Positions 48,901-60,900 of a stretch of DNA of 64,000 bases are shown here, piece after piece. Numbering within the stretch: the stretch's first letter is position 1; each line of letters begins with the position of its first letter. The position numbers and the translations under genes are program-made. Origin of the DNA: Aplysia californica (taxonomy: Eukaryota); the NCBI RefSeq assembly GCF_000002075.1, contig NW_004797602.1, forward strand, positions 265,823-329,822. Direction: 5' to 3'. The notes under the pieces were generated by a model that saw nothing but the letters and a program-made list of their open reading frames with translations, had not been told where the DNA came from and did no database searches.

Positions 48901-51900
48901 AGAGACTACTGAACAGCTTACTGTGCGTTATTCCCCAACACGATTTTTGACTTGTCATCCTAGGCCAGAGAGGGGAAAGTGATCAATCTTTTTATTGTAA
49001 AAATGCAATAACAGGTGGTCTTTATTTATTTATTTTTTCATCAGCCTGTGTGTTTAAGAATTTAATCAAAGGACTCGCAAGAAAGGTTGCTCCTTACGAA
49101 TTTGGGTAAATCTGAGGTTAAAAGTAGTAATTTTTATGTTGGACTAAGTTGCATTTTATGATTTGTGATAAATCTATAATATGGTATTTTAAAAATATTT
49201 TGTTGGTGGATGTATACAGACGAAAAGTACGGATAAATCTTGTCAAAGCAATATGGAGTTCGGTATCTTCTTAAATCATCTTTTGATGAAAAAAATACCC
49301 ATCTTTCTTGAATAGAAGTCAAGATATTTTCGATTGAATGAGGTGGGGGTAGCATGGTTTCAGAGGTAAAATTTCCAAGAAAATGGCCACCAAAGTTCGG
49401 TAACTTCTGTTGCTTGAGTCTTGAAAAATGAAAATTTACGTATTTTGTGCTATTAACTCTTTCAGTGCTACAGACGAGAATACTCGCGAAATCTGCGCCG
49501 CACCCACATATTAGCGACGAGTATTCTTGCATTTTGCCTCGCTATCTTTATAGAAAGAATTACTCAACCTAATCCATACCAAGTTATTTGAACTAATTGT
49601 GATGCATTATGGGTAAGGTCAAGGACACATTTTTTCTACTTGAACAGCTATTGAGCCCACTAGTTTTGATTGTTTTTCTTTGGTAGACCTTTCATGTTGC
49701 CATAACAAAACTGCCCAGTATATGAGGGGAGTACATTGCTGGAGCACTCCGCACTGAATGAATTAATCAACGTTTTTCAGTAAAATTCACATGTAAATGT
49801 GTTTTTTATATTATACACAAAAAAGGTGTTGAGCCAAAAAAACAAAAATTCGATAAAAAACTGGTGGCAAAATGCCCGTTTCTTCGATTTCATTATTATG
49901 ACGAGCGCCTGATTTTCCAACGATGCCACACATGTGAGGCATGCTGACAAAATTAGTTACTTTTTGGATTTTAGCCTGATGGAAATAGATACGTCAAATT
50001 TATAGGTTGACTTTTTACAATTTATTAGTATGAAATGATAAAAGACATGTTAAGCTTGAAGAGAATGTCATTGGTTTAGAATCATTTAATTTAACCTTTG
50101 CGTTGATTTTTAAGCTTGAAGAGAATGTCATTGGTTTAGAATCTATAAATATAACCTTTGTGTTGATTTTCAGCCGATATCTCCATTCATTGACTGCGAA
50201 AAGTAACTTATTTTGTTAGCACGCACTCCTCACATATAGTTTAGTGAAACCTTATGGAAAAGAGCTGTTGCTTATTCTAGTCTATTGTTATATTTATTAT
50301 TATTTGCCCCTCGCCCTGGTCATCAGAATATGAAACGTCTAATACTGGATATACACTAGAAATCATTTACAACTTTGTAAAACAAATTATTTCATAAAGA
50401 GAAAAAAACCACATCGTGAACGAGTTAAGAAGTCTGTATGATCTCTGGTCTCCACAGTTGGCTGCGACTATGAAAGAGTGGGATATTCCATACGAGGATC
50501 TCAATGTTGGAGATGCTATTGGGAAAGGAAGGATAGGAACAGTGTACAGGTATGTTTGCCGTGTTAAAAACTTTTGTTTTTCATAGACAAAAGAAAGGGA
50601 AAAAAATGTCTTCCAAATGATGAAGCTCAGATGTCAGTCTTTTTTTGATTTTGCTAAGTTTTCTTGCAGTTTTCTATTGAGGTGTCATTTAAGTAAAGGA
50701 GTTGCATTTTATATTGAAACTATCATCAGGAAAGGCAGAATAAGAACAGTGTTTGTGTACGGCTCAGTTTTACAATTGTAATTAGAAAAGCTAATCCCTT
50801 TAAATTTATAGGCTCAGGTGGCAATTTGTCATGATTTTATTGGGCTGTGTCATAGTTTTATAGTCAAATTATCAATAAAAGAGTTGCATTTCTTTTGGGA
50901 AATCAATTGGAGCTCAAATATAAGGTTTTTTACTCAGACTGGAGGAAACTATATCAGCTTAAAATTTTTGTATCTGTTGAAGTTTCTGCCGTTTCTTTTT
51001 TTTAGGTGCTTGAAACTTGTTATGGATAGGGAAAAATGATGTCTTAACGGTGCTGGTGTTTATACTGTAATGATAAAGTGCTTTAATGTAGCTCTGAATT
51101 GGGAAAATATGTGTGTCTTTAAAGTGCCTGTGTCAATATGTGCAATTTCCAGCATGCAGATGGAAGTTATCAACCCCCCCCTTTCCCACACACACAGAGA
51201 GAGAAATAAGAACGAAAACTTCCCCGTGCGGGAATAGAACTCACATCTTTAGCGTGCAGTGGCGTAGACCCTCACTGTTACACAACAGACGCTGGTAAAG
51301 TCTTGTTTTCTGTGTTCTCAGGGGCCAGTGGCATGGCGATGTGGCCATCAAATTGTTAGATACAGGGAACAGCACGGATAACGAGGCTCAGCTTGCGGCA
51401 TTCAAACTTGAGGTATGTCTCAACAACGCTGCCTTACATTTGATTTGAAATGTAGTATGATTTCTAACGTATTGGTTGCTGCGGGATTTTTACAGCTAAC
51501 TGGGTTTCTTTGAATTTTACAGAAGCAACTCTATAGTATTCATTTTTGTTGTTTAAAATCCAACGTTGTAAGGGCTATTTGGATTGGTATTCGGGATGAA
51601 AGTTATTTGTAAAATGTGTCGTGTGATGTCTTGTCAGAATCGTGGGTGAAAGTGTTCTGGAATTCCGGCTTTTGAAAATAAGCTTTCCAACTTTTCCTGT
51701 TTTGGACAAATTGTCGACTTCATAAAAGTTTTGGAAGTAGTCCTTCTCCCAATCCACAGTTTCTAGCTCTTTTCGTTTGGTTATGTTGTTGGTCTGTCTC
51801 AGCTTGCCCTACTGGCCAAAATGAGTGTTGCACGCGCAAAAATAATCCAATCTAATGTAGCGGTAAACACTACGACCTCGTTGATATTTATCTGGCAAGA

Positions 51901-54900
51901 CCAAACTGTGATTTGCCCAGGTTTAGCCGTACTTTACAAAATATGGCTGGTTTTGACATCTTTGGCTCGTGGGGGGACACTTGGACTAGGAGTCCTTGAC
52001 GTGATACTTCTGAATTTAAAAAAAAATAATGATAAAACACAGGTGGGCGTTCAGAGGGCCTATACATGGATATAATATATTTATGGACACTGTTGGAAAA
52101 TTTAAAAATCAGCTGACTAGTCACCTTGGTGATTTGTCGTGTCCCGATTTTTTTCCCCTGAGATCCTGATTTTTAGATTTCATAGGGTGACAGATTTGGT
52201 TTAGGGCCTAGACATACGAGCGGAGAGTCTGCTTATGAAGGCACGTAGCCGGTAGGGCCCTATTGTCGCTACGTGCATCAGCGCTTTCTCTTCAACAGAG
52301 ATTACGCACTATGCAGCAGCTTGCCATGTTCTGCACAGTTAGGTCTAGGTGAAGTTATTATAGTAGAGAGTGAACCTTAACGGAGCGATAGAAACGTACA
52401 AAGGTTTCTCGGTTGAGGATAAACGGCTGATCCTAGCAGAGGTGGATGAAAAATCAATTAAAAAAAAACAATCTGCAAAACGTTTGCAATTCCAAACTAA
52501 AGAAGAAAAAAAAACACAGCAAAATATTGAGCATAGTGGTGATCCGCGGACAGAAAGGCATAAACTGATAAAGTAAAGGGCAGTGGAACAAGCAGTATTT
52601 CATTTGTTTCAAAAGGTTCAGGGTATGGCTATTTCTATGTAAAACCAAATTAATTCGGTTAAGACTGAGGACTACAACATTCAAATTTAGAAGTGAAATT
52701 GCCATGAATTCATCACGAACACGGTTTTGCCTCAGGGGGCATAATTCATGTTAATTTTGGCTTATTGTCCAACTTGGTTATCTTCCTTGGTGCAGCCAAG
52801 AATTTGTCCATTTCAAAATTCGTCCATGACGAAAAGATTTCTATGTCCAGCCGATTCCACCATCAACTGCAACAGCCCAACCTATAGCCCCACACAATGT
52901 GTGCACAAGTGCCATTCACCATTGCTGAACTCTTATTTAGCAAGAAGCCACTAAGTACAAATGTGGACTGTGACAGTGACAGGACACTTTAAAAAAAAAA
53001 AGTGTGTCTCAATGGGGATTGTGATAAGACACACTTTTTAGTGTTAGTTAATTATACATCTGTGAAAAAAATTTAACATCCAGGAATAGCACATTGCAGT
53101 TTTGAGGACACAGACCCCAATTGAATGGATTGTTGTCAAAGGAATGCATTGATGAAAGTACCTGTACTGCTTGTATGTATCTTGAAGGAATGTGTGTATT
53201 TCATAATATTGTGTGTGTTTATATTTATCTGACGACGTTTCTCAACGAGGGAACGAGTGTAATTTTCAGGCGTAGGCATTTCTACTTATTCTGTTTTCTG
53301 GTTTTTGAACCTGTCAGTATTTTCCCCCGTGGTCAGAATTCAGAGGAAAAAAACCGAAAACTGCATTTTCACAGTCAGCTGTTTAGAATCCTGCAGTCAC
53401 GTGTGGTTTTGAAGCTTTCAGTATTCAGTCTTTAGGTAGGACTGGAAGCAATGCCTAATGTTTGACTCTGAAGAAGACTTCTTTTCTGTCTTTGTAACTT
53501 GTGGCATTTCAACTCAAAGAACTACTTGACTTCTTATTTCTTTTGTCTACAAAATCTCTTTATGTATCGTGTGTTTGTATTTTCTAATCATGCTAGATAT
53601 ATAGTATAATCAGTTATCTTTAGTTTGATGCATATCGATTGCCTTTGATTTGATGCATAATTTTTGTGTGTGAGATCATTTTTAGCCTTTTTATAAACGT
53701 TTTTCGTTCATAGCCGTTACATATTTCTTGGTATCTGGAAAAAATTCAAAATGGTGAAAATAATTCCTGGGTAACGAGTTCAGCCTTCGGGTATGACTCG
53801 AAACATGCCTAATGTTTGATACTGAAGAATGACTTCTATTGTGGCTTTGAAACTTGTGGCTTGCCAACTCAAGAACTACTTAAGTGGCGAGTGGCATTTG
53901 ATTTAATAGCATATTGATGGTGAAACACTTCATGACAGTCGTGTTGGTTTATTGAATTGTAAAAAGTTATAAAAGCCTATTTTATTGTGTAAAGAGTGGG
54001 TGCGACTCGCATTCATTTGTAGCGTTTGATTCACATACACACACAAACTTAGTGAATTTCGGGACCATACTTGTATTTGTTCCAAAGAGGAAAGAGCCCA
54101 TTCCCATGTAATAAAGAACATTTTTGGTTATTTTTGTTTTGCAAGAAAAGTAAATCTGGCTTTTGAAGTCTCATGTCAGGAATTAAACATTATATTACAG
54201 TACTGATGCTTTTGTCGTGTTTAGTTTGCTTGGGTTTAGATCTCCAGGGTCAACAGTGTTTACTTTTGTGGGTTCTGATTTGGTGTGAAATATTATTATA
54301 ATTATAGATACCATTTTAGCACGAATTCCCGCCCAGCAGCAAGTTCTGTGGGTTTTACAATCTATAGAGAGGGCTGGGTGATTGATTCTTGATTTTTGAA
54401 TTTGGAATTAAGATGGGACGAAGTCCCGTGTATTTTAAGATTTGATCATTCAAACTATTCAAGTCAGGGGTCACTAAACTATTTTAAGATTTGATCATTC
54501 AAACTATTCAAGTCAGGGGTCACTAAACTATGGTCGCAAGCCTGATTCGGCCCACAAAATAAATGTCTGGATTGCCACTATGTGGGGGAAAATATTTTTT
54601 TTGCAAAATGATTTTGCTTTGCTCTCAAGGTTTGGTCATGTTTGTTATGCACAAAGCTTCCCTTCATTTACTATGTCAATGTGCTTGTGCACGCTATACT
54701 CGCGAGAAAGGAGACAAGCTAACATAAATTTTGATATGTGATGTAAATGGATTGACTTTTATGTATGAGTGGTAAAAATCGTCTTCAGTGACAATGCTAG
54801 ATATTTCAAAGAGTGGCTTTGCTTTGTTCATGAAATGGAACTGGATACAAATGCGCAAAAACTCCTATTTTTTACTGTTTTGATACACACATGAGCAATT

Positions 54901-57900
54901 CGCTGATCGAGAGGTTAAAAAGCTGACCTAAATTTTGGTATGCAGTGTGATTGAAACTTGTTTTTATGAATGAGTTGAAGAGCAAAAGTTTCATGCAATT
55001 TTTATAACAAAAATGTCTTGTGTAATTTTCAAAAATACATTTTTAGATCAAAAGAAACACAAAGGCTGTGTATCAGGAGATTAATGGCTAAAGAATATTT
55101 TGCTTTAAAAAAATCTATTTTTGTCCTTTAATGCCCTGTCATTCAGTTCGAGCAAATGTGTCTTGTGGTACCTTTCTCCAGGAATGCACACAAATAGATA
55201 TCCAACTATGGTCTAAGGAGTTATATTTTTTTCCACTTTGTCTGTCTATTCTACGGACCTGGTTGACTCCTATCATTTACATTTTTTGTGTTTTATTTCA
55301 ATGCAGATTGCCATCTTGAGGAAGACTCGACATGAGAACTTAGTTTTATTCATGGGAGCCTGTATGAAACCCCCTCGCCTTGCTATAGTCACCAGGTAAG
55401 CTGAGCATTGTGTCGTTTGTGAGATGAATGGCCTCTGATCTTTCAGTTCTTTTTTGAAAATACGAGAGAAGAGGAAAAAGAGGGTTTTGATTTTGGTAGC
55501 TTGATTGCTGTCAAAGATGACTATAGTCAAGAGTTAAATCGTCATTCTCCTGATCAAAATAAGCAACTCCCGTGTTTTTTACCCATCGTGGGTTACATTT
55601 GGAATTGTTCAAAGTGACCACCCATTGTTGAGAAGAGTTTGTCTCAGACATGATCTTGATAGCAGGGAGAGTTTTGTCCTAATGCGATAGGTGGCTATAT
55701 ATTTGAACTCTATAATCTCAGACGATAATATTACACCGGGACTGGGATAGTCTTGTCCCACCGATTTTGTAGCAATTCACAACTGCTCGAGACTCAAATT
55801 GACAAGAATACCCCATCCCAGTAGGTGCAGTACATTACACTCTAATTCAAAGGTTTCAAACTCCAGACGGGTCTGTCCCGGTATGAACTGTCATAGTGGA
55901 GTAGAGGCTTTAAACTGAATTTACATTTTAAAAAAGGTGGGGGTTCTGGTATGGTCCCGCCGCAGCGGGTGCCGCTATAGTCATGTTCTACTGTATAGTA
56001 AACAAACGAAACCGAAAGAGAGAAAGTATACATGAGCCTTGATCAAAGCAGAGAACTTCGTGTTTTGGAAGTCATTGGCAGCAAAGACCAATGTTGCCCC
56101 AATCTGAGTGAAAAGTGCAGTTGCTCTAATTTCAACAGCCTTGGATGCCGATGCTCTCATATCGATGCGCAGGTCCTCTCTCTTTCCCGCTCAACGATGG
56201 TCCTGTGACTGCTCGTGCTGTATCGGTGCTGATCTTTGCAAGTTTGACACACCAAGGACAAATTTATTTTTTGGTCATTTTTCTATGCCAACTTCATGTT
56301 TGCCGAAATGCTCACGCTGCAATGCATTGTCTTCTTTTCTTCATTGTAGCTAAGCCAGTTGAACTCCTTCAGCCTCGCAGAATGAAAAAACATCGTGGCT
56401 AGTTGACTTTCTTTTTGTTACTTCTTCAACTTCTTGGTCCGGCTTCGCTTTTTTAAAATTCCGAACAATCGCTACAATCTGTGTCACTTTCTTTTCTTCG
56501 CTTTACCCTCGAATCAAGTGTTAGGCTCGCCATCTTTGATTCAGTCAGTTCTATTATTATATTTTTAGCATGGCTTTAGCGGTGTGGTGCTTTGACTATT
56601 ACCCCTGCCGTGAGGTTACTCACGTCCTTCTATAAGACTATGGGGGTAATCTTACGGCAGGGGTAAACTCAAGGCATGACACCGATGAATGTGAGCGACA
56701 ACAATGCGGGCGAAGCTTTTCTGCTGAAGCAAGCCGGTGTCGCGGGAAACTGCGTGCAGCTGATAAGTAGGTCGACTGCTTCCATCACAGACAAAAAGTG
56801 ACTGTCGTGTATGTGTGTGGGTGTGTTGTCATATCATTGAGTCGGCTTCGAGATAGATAATTGAGAAAATGATGCTTGCCAGACGCACACCACCTACATT
56901 TTAAAGCGTAAGCAAACCCCCGAAACGAAATTTTAAAGAGTAACGCTCACACACCACCAAAACTTAAAGGGGGTAGTCTGCAGGTTTAATGCTTAATATA
57001 CGCACATTTGTGCATAATGGGGAACGGGGAGGGGGATGAAAGGCATAAAATATTTTCATTACATTTTCTTTTGTCCCCAGTTTCTGTAAAGGCCAAACAT
57101 TGTACACAATGATCCATCTCAACAAGAACACCTTCAAGATCAATAAGGCCATCATCATAGCCTCACAGATCGCTCAGGTGAGTCTTGATTCTATCGCTGT
57201 GCATTTTCTTTCTCAATGTGGCAATGCCAATCGGCCCGAGGCGAAGTTTTGGTCCCCGTTTGCAGGTGAATTTTTGGACCGGATCAGAAGGTGACTATCT
57301 TAGTCAAACTCGTTCTGCACTATTTTTGTATCAACGTGAATGAAACCAGGCAACCGATCAGAAAATAGGGCCAACTAGTGGTATGTGGATGTTGAAGTTT
57401 GTGTACACATGAATTAATCTATATTTTTGGTGTCGGAAACACTTTCGTATCGAGTATACCGAAAGCCATAAATAGCTTTGTTTTCAAGGCATAGAATGTA
57501 ATAGATTTATATTTCTTCTATAGTGTCCTCAATTTTGTACGTTCTGTCTCAAGTAGTTTTTTAGAATTTATCATAAATGTACCGCTACTCCCCCTGTCCA
57601 AGGCGATTTTGTACAGAGACCGGCCATTTCCCCCTCTCTCCCTAGGCAAATGTATGTGATCTACAAATCCCTGCATGATTATTCCAAGCCCGTTCATTGG
57701 TCACTTGAAACAGGACAATGGCGGGCGCGCGCATCCGTTTTTTTTTTCTCCGTTACCCTATCACATCACAATGGGGATATTCCGAGGCGAGCTTATCGGA
57801 GTGTTCGCATCTCAATGGGGAAAAAAGGTTTTTAATCGTACGGCATGTTAGATTGAATTGAATTATTTTTTTATGGTTGGAATGGTCTAAAGTCAACAAA

Positions 57901-60900
57901 GAAAGTTTTGCCATTATTTGGTCACGCTGCCAACATATTCTGAAAAATCCCATGTTGTGATACGATTCTATAAATAAAATGCTTTCATCCGGAACTCTTT
58001 TTCTCAAAATCGTAATATCTACCCCAAGATTTTAATTATATAAAGATATCTATGAAATGGTTAGTGAATCTGACTGCAGAAATGATTTCTTCATCCAAAA
58101 ACACATTGGGTAGCCAAGTTTCTTTCTAACACTCAAATTAATTACTGAGATGTCATCGATTTTCTTACAGTCTGCTGTTGTGTGGTCCACTGTTTAGGAG
58201 TATTTTCCTATATATGTGGGTCATCCATATTTTGCAGACCATTACAACCATAGATAACTTTAAAAAAAATTAATGTACCGATTCTTTTCATTCAAAAAGC
58301 ATAATTCTTAGAATTGAAAACTTTCTTAGGTACCAAATAAAAATGGGCTAAAGCGAAAAATCAATTTTTCATTGGCATTGCTACTCTATGTTGCTTTTAT
58401 CTTCGTTTTCTGTTGACCATTTGGCTGTGCTTGGGTCAAATTGCTTTTCTTTATTCGAATTAAACTTGATAATAGCATCATTATCACTAACGAAAAGAGT
58501 TAGGGAGACTCAAATTCATTTCTTTGAACTCATGAATTATCTTTAAGGCTTTAAATCTTGACCTGATGGGAGACAGGAAAATGCAGCAACAGTACAGGTT
58601 TATTTTAGAGCTTCCAGGCAGAGGAATTTATGAGTGTAACAGATCTGGCATTTTTGAGGAGGAAAAAACAGAAGAAGACCTGTAGATGGAAAAAAAAAAA
58701 GAAGATTGTATGATGTGGTATTTCAATCCATGTATTATTTACGATCCTTCCCCCCAGGGCATGAGCTACCTCCACGCGCGAGCGATCATCCACAAAGACT
58801 TGAGGACAAAGAATATATTCATGGACAGTGGCAAGGTGGTCATCACTGACTTTGGCCTGTTCCACATGACCAAGTTGTGCAGAGGAACCAAGTAGGTTTT
58901 TCTGCTGGGTATTTTTGTCTTCAACCAAACGGATCAATAGAATTGATAATGGAAGATTTTCCTTCTTTTTTTTTTTTTTGTGTGCCTGTGAGGGGAGTTT
59001 GGGTATTTTTTGTCATTACATTGATAAAATGAAATATTGCTTTTTTTTTTCCAGCTAGTCTAGGGAATTTAGGATATTTTTGTCTCAAGACCTAGATAAT
59101 CCAAGATAATATCAATAGTAAGATATTACTATTATTGATTTTCCATAGAGAGAATTTATGCTGCTGTGCCTCTGTCTGTCTTACTCTTTCCTGTGGGTGG
59201 TTGGCGGGTGCTCTGATGTGGTTCGCTCCTTCTCTCCCATCAAACATCAATCGTCCTTAACTTTCTTCCCTTTTTTTGAGTTTGTTACTCTCTTGTAACA
59301 CCTCTAATCTTCGGCACTTACATGACATAATTGTTTTGCAAGTGCCATAAAACACTCGCTAAAACAAATTATTATATCCCTGCACTAAATGACAGTTCTT
59401 GAATAGATGTGCCTAACGAACAAGGCTTCATTGTTTGTCAATCTCCGGCAGATCTCAGTGCGTTTCCAACGAGAAAGACAACTGGCTGAGTGTGCCCAAG
59501 GGCTGGCTGTGTTATCTGGCACCAGAGATCATCCGCTCGCTCCAAGCTATGCAACAGTCTGACCTGCCTTTTACCAAGATGTCGGACCTCTATGCTTTTG
59601 GGTGCGTCACGCTATGTGTATTTGTTTAGTCTCTGAAGTATAGAATGTGAAATATTTTTGTTTTCCAGTTGTGACTTCATTGTATTTATTATCATGTTCA
59701 TATTATCAGCCTTGGTCTGTATTTTTTTAATTTTTAAATTGCACCCCCCCCCCCGCAAATGCCAATTATCGCGTCATGGTGTGTTTTGTTACTCAAACGA
59801 AAACTTTCTTTCTTTTGATGTGCTTCTCTTTCACCTCTCAAGGCGTCTTTTTTTTTCTCTTCCCCATTGCTATATGATTTAAAAAAATAGTTTGGGTGTT
59901 TCTAATTACCTCCAACATGCTGATGGTTTGGGCGTGCTACTGGTAAACCATACTTCTTTCATTCTGACATTTTAGTCTGCGTGTCTGACCCTTTTTCAGC
60001 ACCGAATGACCGTTGTCATGTCGATGTGCTTCTGTTTACTCAAACAAACAATCCCCCCCCCCCCCTCTACTCCAACATGTGTTTGTCGTTTTTCTCCAGG
60101 ACTGTGTGGTATGAACTGCTATGCAACGAGTGGCCATTCCGCAGCCAGCCCTGTGAGACGGTCATCTGGCAGGTGGGCAAAGGGATCAAACAGTCTCTGA
60201 GTACAGTGTCTGCTCCGCGAGAAGTAAAGGTGAGCTGTGCCCCCTTCTTGTTCTTGTTTTTTAAAATCTTTGTTCTTGTTGCTGTTCTTCTTGTGATTGG
60301 ATTGTAAATTTGCTCATTTGTGGGAGCTGATGATTGTAAGGTGTCACTGTTAGGTCCTACTTCCTTTTCTTTCCCCTCTGGTGTGTCTGTCTGTCTTGCT
60401 TTTTCCCTGTTGTAAATTACTTATTTATTCAATGCCCTTCTCTCTTACTTAAATTTTTTATGCTACAGTGTGGGCCATTGTTTGAATCAGCATTTATTCT
60501 TGTTTTGATTGAATGCTTCCCTTTGCTCAAATAAACAAACAGATGTTCCCTATCTCCCCCAGAGTTTCCAAAAACTTGCTAATGTAAGTCAAAAAGTGAA
60601 GTTTGCTGCCTTTTGAAAGTCATTTTGGAGCTTAAGTATTGAGAGAGCACGTGTTCATCCACAAGACTAGACCTGTGTTTATCCATTGCTATCAAGCCTG
60701 TGTGCTCAAATAAACATACAGTTCTTGAACCCAAAATTTATTCAGCTTTTAATTGGATGAGCATTCTAATAACACCTCTCATCATCTGCAGTTATATCAC
60801 CTATTTATGTTGCAAGAGCCGTAAAACTCTTACTTAACAAACTAAACGAACAAACATTTTCTTCCATCAGGAGATCCTTATGTCATGCTGGTCGTTTCGC

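Noticed and set aside
59459-59478. Alternative acceptors shortening the activation segment
   Set aside because: The nearby downstream AGs are out of frame with the phase-2 donor of exon 17.
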